A DNA stretch of 64,000 nt from an uncultured Saprospiraceae bacterium (GTDB lineage Bacteria; Bacteroidota; Bacteroidia; Chitinophagales; Saprospiraceae), in contig CALFUQ010000077.1 in the NCBI GenBank assembly GCA_937929885.1, positions 5,105 through 69,104 of the forward strand, given 5' to 3'. Position numbers and translations under genes: made by a program. Within the stretch, counting starts at the first letter, position 1. Each line of letters begins with the position of its first letter. This document shows, piece after piece, positions 56,055-64,000 of this stretch. The notes under the pieces were generated by a model that was not told where the DNA came from, did no database searches, and worked only from the letters and a program-made list of their open reading frames with translations.

Positions 56055-57050
56055 TTAATCTTTACTATCAAACTCCCCCTCAAACAAAAGTTCTTCTTTA
56101 GGGTTACCCTTATCGTTAAGATAGATACTGGACTTTATATACTTTGGTTTTCTACCCCAGTGAATATAGCCATTGAGTTTTATTTCCTCGCCAGGAAGGA
56201 CTGAAGACCCCTCTGGAATTCTATTGTAGGCATACAACTTTTTTAATGGCAAGCCATATGCTCGGGCAATATCTTCCATTGTCTCATTGGTAGATACACT
56301 GTGATATTTTTTATTTCCACTCTTGGTCTTATCTTCTCTTATCCTATCTTTTCTTCCCTCTTTTAATTCTTCTCTATTGCTCTTATCATTTCCTTTCCTT
56401 GCTACTACTACTTTTTCTTGATGAGGTACGGTAGGTTTGTTATACTCAGATATATCTACTGCTGGCATGCTGGTGTTATTGACCGCTACTTCTTCTATAA
56501 AATTAGCGTTCATCTCTTTGTCAAATCTATGTAGATCATACTTCTCAACTATTTGGATAAGCTTATCAGGATACTTTGGATCAGTAGCATAACCTGCTTC
56601 CTTAAGACCATGAGCCCATCCTTTATAGTCTAGAGTACTCTTCTCAAAAAGCCTAGCATATCGACTTCTCAATAAAAAGTCGGAATGCGCCATGTATGAT
56701 TCAAAAGCACTATCATAAGCTCTAAAACAACTCTGCATTAATTTTCCGTCACTACCATAATCATCATCTCCTCTATACATCTCTTTTCCTGTCCAGCGAC
56801 TTCCACACTTAATTCCAAAATGATTGTTTGCTTGAGTAGCAAGTGTACTCTGTCCCCAGTTAGATTCTAACAAGCCTTGAGCTAACTTGATACTTGCTGG
56901 TATCCCTACTCTCATCATCTCTGACTCTGCAATCGCACTGAATTCATTAATATACTTATCAGCCTTAGCTGAAGCAAATCCAGTTAAGCTTGTTACTACA
57001 ATTAATATTAATGAAACCCAGGTTCTGAGCATCAATTGGTTCATTATCAT
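56055..57050 (-). CDS. Glucosaminidase (mannosyl-glycoprotein endo-beta-N-acetylglucosaminidase) domain protein with C-terminal LysM
   Basis: 331 aa. It has the FlgJ-like muramidase motif LAQGLLESNWGQS..NNHFGIK and the C-terminal LysM YHSVSTNETMEDIARAYGLPLKKLYAYN. Confidence 0.8.
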   Translation of the reverse strand: MIMNQLMLRTWVSLILIVVTSLTGFASAKADKYINEFSAIAESEMMRVGIPASIKLAQGLLESNWGQSTLATQANNHFGIKCGSRWTGKEMYRGDDDYGSDGKLMQSCFRAYDSAFESYMAHSDFLLRSRYARLFEKSTLDYKGWAHGLKEAGYATDPKYPDKLIQIVEKYDLHRFDKEMNANFIEEVAVNNTSMPAVDISEYNKPTVPHQEKVVVARKGNDKSNREELKEGRKDRIREDKTKSGNKKYHSVSTNETMEDIARAYGLPLKKLYAYNRIPEGSSVLPGEEIKLNGYIHWGRKPKYIKSSIYLNDKGNPKEELLFEGEFDSKD

Positions 57051-57147
57051 ATTATATTTACATCTAATGTGATATAATCACTCTTTAATGCAAACTTTAT
57101 TCCAAATGATATATTACTGACATATATCCATTTAATAATTCCTTAAG

Positions 57148-58110
57148 ATGCCTATATCCACTCCATTATTGACTTCTTCTAGACATATTAAAAACTTTCT
57201 ATGTATGCTAAGTATTTGCTTTTTGCTAGCATGTAATAGTGAAAAACAGCCGACTTTACAACCTGTCAATGAGGTATCATCTGGAGAAGCTGATCCCGTA
57301 ATCCAAGGCATCTCTCAACTTATAGATAGAAGCAGTTTGAGTCATGAGTTATTGCAAAAGCGGGGTGAGCTATTGTATCAAAGAGAAAGATATACTGAAG
57401 CAGAAGAAGATTTGAAAAAGGCTATTGAGATTAAAGACGACCAACCAAGTTATTATCACCTTCTAGCAGACATACAATTGGACGGTGCACGATCTAGAGA
57501 GGCGGTCAAAACAATGAAGGGAGCGGTTGAAAGATTTCCAACTAGAATCCCCTCTTATCTAAAGTTATCCGAGTTTTACTTGATCCTTAAACAGCATGAT
57601 GAATCATTAGGGACTATAAATGAGATCATTCGACTCGATCCACAAAATGCCGACGCATACTTTTTGCTAGGAATGAATTTTAGAGAAATGGGTGACATAG
57701 ATAAAGCACTTAACAGCCTACAGCGATCTGTAGAATTAGATGCCGACATGATAGATGCTTGGATATTACTAGGCAATATCTACGAGAAGAAAAAAGAACC
57801 AATCGCTGAGAAGTATTATCAAAATGCTGTTGATTCTGATACTCAAAATTTAGAGGCTTTGCATTCTCTGGCTGACTATTATAGAAACGAAGATAGAATA
57901 TCTGAATCAATAGAAGCCTATAACCAAATCTTAAATATCAACCCAAAGTACACTGATGCGCATCTGAATGCAGGCATTCTTAATCTGAGCATTGATTCCC
58001 TAGACCGAGCATTAATGCATTTTAATCTCTTAGTTGCCATGGAACCGACAGATACTAAAGCAAGAGAATATCGAGATCTAGCTCAAGAAATGATCAATGA
58101 ATCAAAATAA
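57148..58110 (+). CDS. Tetratricopeptide-repeat lipoprotein
   Basis: 320 aa with lipobox FLLACNS and about 7 TPR-like units (A..YF.LG....G....A...). Confidence 0.7.
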   Translation: MPISTPLLTSSRHIKNFLCMLSICFLLACNSEKQPTLQPVNEVSSGEADPVIQGISQLIDRSSLSHELLQKRGELLYQRERYTEAEEDLKKAIEIKDDQPSYYHLLADIQLDGARSREAVKTMKGAVERFPTRIPSYLKLSEFYLILKQHDESLGTINEIIRLDPQNADAYFLLGMNFREMGDIDKALNSLQRSVELDADMIDAWILLGNIYEKKKEPIAEKYYQNAVDSDTQNLEALHSLADYYRNEDRISESIEAYNQILNINPKYTDAHLNAGILNLSIDSLDRALMHFNLLVAMEPTDTKAREYRDLAQEMINESK

Positions 58111-58114
58111 GTTT

Positions 58115-59689
58115 TTAGTCTGGATATAAAGACATCCTGTAAACACTGTGAAATGTAATCCCAAAGAAGGCTCTAGGTGGAATAATGTCTGCTTCAAACA
58201 CAACCTGCTTACTTGATTTATCTACTTCTACTACTTTACCTAAGTTCGTATTGTTTGCTTTAAGTGAACCTGGAGCGAAGATTACATTGTCTTTTTCTTT
58301 GTAGTAGTTTACTCTAGACACAATCCTACTGTAAGTTTCTGAGCCTCGCTCCTTACCATAGCTCCACACTTGTTGTATCGTTTTATTTTCAGCGTCTACC
58401 TTATACTCTACTGCGCGGCTATATGCATTTGAATTAACAAATCCTGTGAATTCACAATTTCTGAAATCGCCATTATCAAAGATCATTATATTACCATTTT
58501 CCAATAAGTGCGGAGAGTGCTGGCCCCAGCTCCACTCAAAATCGGGATGGGTTTTGTTGCCACTTAGAATTTCTTGATCTTCTATAGGATTACCCTGAGC
58601 GTCTAATGGCTGCAGTAGATACTGATTTAAGTCTTTCCCATTCCCAGCTTCTTTCCACTCCTTATGCGGCGCAATTATCCAAACCACTTCATTGTCCTCC
58701 GAAAACTTAATCACCCCTTGTCTAAGCCCTGATACGATGATACTATTGTCACGTGGATCATGGACTACACCATTACAATGAATCCAATCAACAGTAACAT
58801 CACCCAGGTCTGTATCTAGCGCATATCTTGTTTTATCTAGTGATTGGGTTAGATCCCAACTGTTTACTATTTGATCAGAGTTTCTATCAAATTCTCCTAT
58901 CAGGTCCTCTACAGTCGATAGTCTTGGATCTGTAAGCGTCGCCAAGATATTACCATTCGGTTTTTCGGAGACGGCATGATGAAACCTGTTTCCTTGCAGA
59001 CTCCATTGATTTTGAATTTCTCCCAGCATGTTTATTTCATAGATAGCTCCGCTACTTATATCACCAAAACATAGGTTACCATTTTCTAAACGAATCATCC
59101 CTGCATCAAAAAACAAATTGCCTAATGACCTATGATTTGCAAAGTCAAGGTACCATCTAATATCCCCGAATGCATCAAACATAAATGGGCGCTGAGGAAA
59201 GCCTTGATTACTAAAACCAAAATAGTTGACCATAGTTAAGCCAGGAACCATTTGATCCGTAGAAGCTACATCTACTTCTATTCTTGGCATTTCTACTATC
59301 AAAGGGTTTGTCTGAATAGTGATCGTCTCTGTCGAAAGTATGTTACCTCCTGCATCTAAAAACTTTAGCTCTACTTCGTTTTCCTCACTTGCATATAGCC
59401 CCATGACTATAAGACTAAACTCAGTGTCCACATCTGGGTAACTTTTTATAATATCTGATTCTGTCCCTCTTCTTCCTACGACTTTGACTTCTACTGATGC
59501 TGCCTCACTAGTTTCAAAATCTAATCTAGCGGTTAATGGGGCAACGCCACTAGGATTGGTGGTGATGGTAATTTCTCCCTTGAGCAGGCTATCTATTGCT
59601 GGAGGGTCAGGGGTAATTGGGTCCTTTGAACATGCAATAATTCCGACCAATAAAAAGAAGAGAAAGAAATGTTTAAATGACATTTTCAT
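58115..59689 (-). CDS. Arylsulfotransferase (ASST) family beta-propeller lipoprotein
   Basis: 524 aa with lipobox GIIACSKD and an N-terminal Ig-like domain. The propeller has ASST-type His motifs (RFHHAVS, DWIHCNGVVHD, WGQHSPHL). Confidence 0.65.
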   Translation of the reverse strand: MKMSFKHFFLFFLLVGIIACSKDPITPDPPAIDSLLKGEITITTNPSGVAPLTARLDFETSEAASVEVKVVGRRGTESDIIKSYPDVDTEFSLIVMGLYASEENEVELKFLDAGGNILSTETITIQTNPLIVEMPRIEVDVASTDQMVPGLTMVNYFGFSNQGFPQRPFMFDAFGDIRWYLDFANHRSLGNLFFDAGMIRLENGNLCFGDISSGAIYEINMLGEIQNQWSLQGNRFHHAVSEKPNGNILATLTDPRLSTVEDLIGEFDRNSDQIVNSWDLTQSLDKTRYALDTDLGDVTVDWIHCNGVVHDPRDNSIIVSGLRQGVIKFSEDNEVVWIIAPHKEWKEAGNGKDLNQYLLQPLDAQGNPIEDQEILSGNKTHPDFEWSWGQHSPHLLENGNIMIFDNGDFRNCEFTGFVNSNAYSRAVEYKVDAENKTIQQVWSYGKERGSETYSRIVSRVNYYKEKDNVIFAPGSLKANNTNLGKVVEVDKSSKQVVFEADIIPPRAFFGITFHSVYRMSLYPD

Positions 59690-59716
59690 AATTCTAAGTT
59701 TAGTTGTTCAGAAGAA

Positions 59717-61387
59717 TCAGTCTACTATAATGAATTTCGCGGAGTAGGTTCTGTTTAGTGTAGCTATGTAAATTCCAGGATTCCATTCGTCAGTCATTAA
59801 ATACTTACGGCCTCCTGAACATGCTGGGAAAAAAGCCATCCGCTGTCCTGTTAGATTATAAATTTCTAAATCTGCTTTTATCATGTTATCCCACTCTATG
59901 GTCAGTAAATGATTAGTGGGATTTGGAAATAAGTGCATATTCGATGGTAAAGAAATATCTTCTACACTTGTCAAAGCATCATTACAAAATGTAGTATCTG
60001 GATTGAGTTCGATGTATCCTAGAGCATCTAAATCTCTACCATCAAAACCGGAATAGTCAGCTGGATATCTTTTTAGCCTGAACGTAAGATTGTTATTTAT
60101 AGCTAGAGTATCTCCTTGAGTAGCTGGCTGACCCATAACCAGTGGTGTTTTATATTCCCAAACTATATCATTATTCGGTGTCAACTCAAAGGAATACCCA
60201 AACCTACCAGAACAAATTAATGTGTTACCATTAGGTAATATCTGGACGCTTGACAAGCCTGATGAATATAAAGCTGTAGTATCTGGGTGGGTGAATACTT
60301 TCTCAAAATTACCAGGCTCAAAAACACCATCAGTTTTCAAATAATCCCAACCATACATATTCCAAGCTGGTGCTAGGATATTTGCTGTAGAATAGTCATC
60401 TCCAACCCTGTTATTAAAAATTGCTATGTTGTTATAATTTGGAAAAGTGAAATCTACAAACTCATCTATCCAGTGGATATCATGAGGATAAAATAATTTT
60501 TGATCAGCTTCCGTACCACTCTTATACGCTGCAGGGTTACCCCACCGATACATTATGTCTCCTCCTAAAGCACTTAATCCTCCTTTATCAGTTGATGCCT
60601 CTTCTGTAGTAGTTGTACGATCGATAATCCAAAACTCATGGAATGTAGGAACACTCAAGAGTATCTGTTTGGTCTCAGGATTATAGTCTAGTGCATTACT
60701 ATGCATCCAGTCTGCTTTACCATCATTTGTATCCCAATTTATGTCTACTAGTTCAGGATGATCACTCACGACTCCATAATTATTCTTGGTAGAATCATAA
60801 TCTTGTATCAAGTGATCCCAAACATGCCACTCCCAAACTATTTCATTTGTAGCTGGGTCTACCTCAAAGATATAATCAGCCCACAGCTCTCCTTCACTAA
60901 GGTTTGTAGAGTCTCTACCAGCTTCAATTGCTTCTTCTCTAGTTTTTAATTCCCAGGCAATCATGAGGATATTTTCATCTTCAGTGATAGCGATATCATG
61001 ATGAAGGCGTCTTAAAGTATCATTCAACTCATATTGCCATAGCAAGTTATTATCCCAGTCTCTAATTTCTACGAAAGCACCGCCACCGCCTGCCCAGATT
61101 GGATCATTGACTACAGAAGCTTCCCTTTTTGCTTTAACCAATCTTCCATCTTCTAGGATGTAAGCAACATTTCCAGGTCTGTAATTTGATTCATCTGGCC
61201 AACTGTGGACTATCTCTCCACAGTTATTTAGTAGATAAACAGATGGTTGGTTATGTGGATAAATGAGGTTGTAGCCATCAAATGATGACATGGGCTCATA
61301 AGATAATAAGCCAACTGAATTTTGACTTATTAAGGAACCTACCTGCAAAAAGAGCATGAAAGTGATTATACCTATTATCTGCTTCAT
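59717..61387 (-). CDS. Arylsulfotransferase-like (Arylsulfotran_2-type) beta-propeller protein with T9SS C-terminal sorting domain
   Basis: 556 aa with a signal peptide. It has RRLHHDIAI, DWMHSNALDYNP and YPHDIHW. The C-terminus LFPNPTNHLLTIEW..LEIYNLTGQ..PGIYIATL resembles a Por secretion tail. Confidence 0.65.
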   Translation of the reverse strand: MKQIIGIITFMLFLQVGSLISQNSVGLLSYEPMSSFDGYNLIYPHNQPSVYLLNNCGEIVHSWPDESNYRPGNVAYILEDGRLVKAKREASVVNDPIWAGGGGAFVEIRDWDNNLLWQYELNDTLRRLHHDIAITEDENILMIAWELKTREEAIEAGRDSTNLSEGELWADYIFEVDPATNEIVWEWHVWDHLIQDYDSTKNNYGVVSDHPELVDINWDTNDGKADWMHSNALDYNPETKQILLSVPTFHEFWIIDRTTTTEEASTDKGGLSALGGDIMYRWGNPAAYKSGTEADQKLFYPHDIHWIDEFVDFTFPNYNNIAIFNNRVGDDYSTANILAPAWNMYGWDYLKTDGVFEPGNFEKVFTHPDTTALYSSGLSSVQILPNGNTLICSGRFGYSFELTPNNDIVWEYKTPLVMGQPATQGDTLAINNNLTFRLKRYPADYSGFDGRDLDALGYIELNPDTTFCNDALTSVEDISLPSNMHLFPNPTNHLLTIEWDNMIKADLEIYNLTGQRMAFFPACSGGRKYLMTDEWNPGIYIATLNRTYSAKFIIVD

Positions 61388-61542
61388 TAATTACATCTGA
61401 TGTTCTGTTTATATAAGGAGCTTTTTAAAAGTAGTTATACGACCTACTATTTATCAAATTCTTATCTCCAAATGATTTGTTAAAAGCCAAACGATCTAGA
61501 ACTAGCTATTGTGTTTTAATCACATATTATTAAAATATGTAA

Positions 61543-61550
61543 TATATTTG
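61543..61550 (+). promoter_or_regulatory. -7 promoter box TAtaTTTG
   Basis: Exact TAnnTTTG match 28 nt upstream of the dodecin ATG (61579). Confidence 0.4.
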
Positions 61551-61578
61551 TCGTTTATTAACAAATGATTATAACAAT

Positions 61579-61779
61579 ATGTCAATTTTAAAAGTAGTAG
61601 AAATCCTTGCGGATTCTAAGAAAAGCTGGGAAGATGCAACAGCAAGTGCAGTGAAAAAAGCTTCAAAAAGTATAAATAACATTAAGTCTGCGTATGTACA
61701 GAGTCAAAGTGTTGTAGTTGATTCAGGAAAAGTATCAGCTTACCGTGTGAATGTTAAAATTACCTTCGAAGTAAAATAA
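61579..61779 (+). CDS. Dodecin family (flavin-binding) protein
   Basis: 66 aa. KVVEILADSKKSWEDATASAVKKASKSINNIKSAYVQ...YRVNVKITFEV matches the dodecin pattern over the full length. Confidence 0.8.
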   Translation: MSILKVVEILADSKKSWEDATASAVKKASKSINNIKSAYVQSQSVVVDSGKVSAYRVNVKITFEVK

Positions 61780-61790
61780 CGCAAAAAGCA

Positions 61791-61826
61791 AAAATTGGGT
61801 CTGAGCTATCCTTAGACCCAATTTTA
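61791..61826 (+). terminator. Rho-independent terminator after dodecin
   Basis: 12-bp perfect stem AAAATTGGGTCT/AGACCCAATTTT with an 11-nt loop. The T-run is part of the 3' arm. Confidence 0.65.
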
Positions 61827-61985
61827 TCCATAATTCTCTTCCCTTTATAACTTCCTCAGACATTTCCCGTTCCAATAACTGACAACCAGCTGACCAAAAC
61901 TTATATAGAGTTTTTAGGCTATACATATTGATTTAACTTACTTATCTAACTTCTTTAAGTAGGATCGAGTTTTAAATTATTCTGA

Positions 61986-62948
61986 GTGAAGCCAAATATT
62001 TATCTCATCGTTTTATGGTTGGGCTGTATGTTTATTGCAGCATGTACTGTCTTTGAAGATGGCTCTGATTCCAATGATCCAATTCAAGAGGAGAATGTCA
62101 TTTCAGCTTCTCAAGTTGTCGAAATATCAAAGGCAACAAAGCTCATCAATACACTTGCTCTCCAAGAAATTCTTAAAAATGAAAACTTTGCAGGGAATCA
62201 CTTCCACAGCAATACTGATACTGAGGTTAGAAGTGCGGCATGTCCTATCATTACCCCTGATCCAAAAAATTATGATCCCCTTGTAAAAACAGATTATACT
62301 TTAGAATTTGACTTATGTGCTTTCAGTGACCAGCTTATAGGAGTTGCTGGAACGCCTATAGTCTTAGGAACAGTAAATATTTCTCTTCAAGGCGAATTGG
62401 GACATTCGGGTTGTGAGTTTAGAATTTTTGGTGAAAACCTAAGCATAGGTGCGGTCAAATATATAAACTATGATATAACCCAAATTCATAATCGTCAGAT
62501 CACAAGTGACAGCTGTTTTAAGAGAGACATCATTGATTTCGCAACCATAATTGATGAATTAGAGTTTTCGGTCGATGGCCTTGCTCAGTTTGGTGAGCCA
62601 GATGATATTATGACTGTCATCTCAACCACCAACGGACGGACGAGGTATAGAGATTTTAATTGTGATACAGATGTCGATGACTTTGTGACTATCATAGATG
62701 ATAAAATTGTGATTCAAGCTGATACTTTAGTAAGTGGATTTATTGAAGACGGAGAAATTTTTACGAGAAATATTTTCACAGACGTAGCAGCAGAGTTTGA
62801 TTTAATCTGCCCATGCCCTATAAGTCAATCCTTTAACGTCGTAAGAGGCGGTATAACTTCACTTACCTGTTTTGATTTTGATTCAGAAGTCTGCGATGAT
62901 GATCTAACCTGTCTGACGACTACTATAGAATTAGATTGTAGATTTTAA
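61986..62948 (+). CDS. Cysteine-rich lipoprotein, unknown function
   Basis: 320 aa with a GTG start and lipobox FIAAC. By my count there are 11 further Cys, clustered toward the C-terminus (LICPCP, LTCFDFDSEVCDDDLTCL, LDCRF). The protein is acidic. Confidence 0.55.
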   Translation: MKPNIYLIVLWLGCMFIAACTVFEDGSDSNDPIQEENVISASQVVEISKATKLINTLALQEILKNENFAGNHFHSNTDTEVRSAACPIITPDPKNYDPLVKTDYTLEFDLCAFSDQLIGVAGTPIVLGTVNISLQGELGHSGCEFRIFGENLSIGAVKYINYDITQIHNRQITSDSCFKRDIIDFATIIDELEFSVDGLAQFGEPDDIMTVISTTNGRTRYRDFNCDTDVDDFVTIIDDKIVIQADTLVSGFIEDGEIFTRNIFTDVAAEFDLICPCPISQSFNVVRGGITSLTCFDFDSEVCDDDLTCLTTTIELDCRF

Positions 62949-62983
62949 TTTTTTATTCACTCTCTTCTTTCCTAGATACGCAA

Positions 62984-63727
62984 TTACTGCATTGATTTGA
63001 TATAAGATTGATAACTTAGTTTTGATGGTGTAGAAAACACAAAGATCTCACCTTTCCCTTCGAATTCAATTTCATCAGCTTCATTGATCATAATGAATTC
63101 GTCTACTACTGCTTCTTTATCATTGATCCTAAATGACCCTGACAATATGTATACTCCTATCGACTCATCCTTAGATGCAGCATAAACATAAGGCGATTGT
63201 ATAATCTTTATCCTTTGAGTTGTCACTCCTTCTGCATCTAAAACCAAAGGACTACCATCACCAATCAAAGTTGTTATCTGAGCAGAACCATCCACTGTGG
63301 TTGGGAACTGAGACTTTTGATAGTCATCATATGTCGCATCCTGCGTCAAGGTTTTTTGCAAATCAGGATCTAACCATATTTGAAACATCCTTGAACCCTC
63401 CTCCATAAATTCTGAGTGGCTTATCCCACTTCCTGCTCTAATAATCTGAACATCCCCTTCTGACAATTCTTTCCATGCATTAAGTTTAGTATCAAAGTGC
63501 TTAATCTTACCTTCTAAAACGAAAGACATAATCTCAAAACCTTTATGTGGGTGCAAGCCAATAGTGCTATCTACTTTAGCTATCGCATTTGCCCAATAAA
63601 ACATATTGGAATATGGTTTTAACTTCCCTCCTTCTCTCGGAAAGCCAATAGGTTTATTCTCGACTATCTCTCCCCCATTAAAAGCACCATAGGCCTGATC
63701 TTCTTTAGAATATACTTGAATCATCAT
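62984..63727 (-). CDS. Pirin family (bicupin) protein
   Basis: 247 aa with the cupin metal site GLHPHKGFEIMSFVLEG and later GSGISHSE. The two-cupin length is typical of pirins. Confidence 0.75.
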   Translation of the reverse strand: MMIQVYSKEDQAYGAFNGGEIVENKPIGFPREGGKLKPYSNMFYWANAIAKVDSTIGLHPHKGFEIMSFVLEGKIKHFDTKLNAWKELSEGDVQIIRAGSGISHSEFMEEGSRMFQIWLDPDLQKTLTQDATYDDYQKSQFPTTVDGSAQITTLIGDGSPLVLDAEGVTTQRIKIIQSPYVYAASKDESIGVYILSGSFRINDKEAVVDEFIMINEADEIEFEGKGEIFVFSTPSKLSYQSYIKSMQ

Positions 63728-63765
63728 CTTTAGCTAGTTTATAGATCAATAATACAACTGATATA

Positions 63766-63773
63766 ATATCTTT
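63766..63773 (+). promoter_or_regulatory. -7 promoter box TAtcTTTG
   Basis: Exact TAnnTTTG match 33 nt upstream of the thrS ATG (63806). Confidence 0.4.
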
Positions 63774-63805
63774 GTTCACATTATAAAATTTAGAAATACG
63801 TAGAG

Positions 63806-64000
63806 ATGATTAATGTAACGTTGCCAGATGGTGCAGTAAAACAATTTCCAGTAGGTACAACCTCAATGGATGTAGCCATGTCTATATCTGAAGGATTAGC
63901 AAGGAATGTCCTATCAGCGACCGTAAATGGAGATGTATGGGATGCTAATAGAGCTTTGCCAGAGCAGACTACATTAAGCCTTAATACATGGAAAAATGAT
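63806..64000 (+). CDS. thrS: Threonine--tRNA ligase, N-terminal TGS domain only (runs off the right edge)
   Basis: My own translation is MINVTLPDGAVKQFPVGTTSMDVAMSISEGLARNVLSATVNGDVWDANRAL, the canonical ThrS N-terminus. Confidence 0.85.
   Translation, partial: MINVTLPDGAVKQFPVGTTSMDVAMSISEGLARNVLSATVNGDVWDANRALPEQTTLSLNTWKND

Noticed and set aside
1-64000. Scan for CRISPR arrays, IS elements or inverted terminal repeats, integrases, tRNA/rRNA genes, toxin-antitoxin pairs and known defence genes.
   Set aside because: No regularly spaced repeats, no transposase/integrase/phage-like translations and no tRNA-like cloverleaf sequences were seen in the intergenic spacers I read. This was a by-eye scan, so short or degenerate elements could have been missed. 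tRNAscan, Infernal and ISfinder-type searches would settle it.

Overview
AT-rich, densely coded 64-kb chromosomal segment, about 55 protein genes with many 1-15 nt gaps or 4-nt overlaps. It looks like a Bacteroidota genome (Flavobacteriia/Cytophagia-like). Support for that: two proteins with T9SS C-terminal sorting domains, repeated exact TAnnTTTG -7 promoter boxes 10-75 nt upstream of start codons (most 25-50 nt), and the syntenies DUF4290-murA and glycogen-synthase-like/DUF4270/glmS. All calls come from reading the ORF-track translations and the DNA by eye; no database search was run. Most of the window is ordinary housekeeping: mfd (partial), mgsA, uvrC, cysQ, galE, an E2 acyltransferase, cinA, birA, rsfS, ftsH, a polyprenyl synthase, murA, glmS, rnr, sdhCAB and thrS (partial). 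I recognised no rRNA, tRNA, CRISPR array, transposase, integrase, phage gene or known defence gene, so I cannot point to a mobile or defence island. The leads below are hypotheses, in rough order of interest. (1) A tightly coupled four-gene minus-strand operon at 7755-12221: GMC flavoprotein dehydrogenase, Gfo/Idh/MocA dehydrogenase, an internally duplicated membrane protein with a KDAPxEGF motif, and an LPG-synthase-TM/flippase-like protein. (2) A DsbD-type disulfide reductase with two tandem N-terminal alpha domains plus a third stand-alone alpha-domain gene (35543-38681). (3) A DUF1800 / Tat-DUF1501 / discoidin-T9SS trio (3528-7765). (4) The largest ORF-free gap, 588 nt at 2940-3527, with two oppositely oriented intrinsic terminators and short repeats, which is a candidate small-RNA locus. 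(5) Two tandem arylsulfotransferase-like beta-propeller genes next to dodecin, a Cys-rich lipoprotein and pirin (58115-63727).
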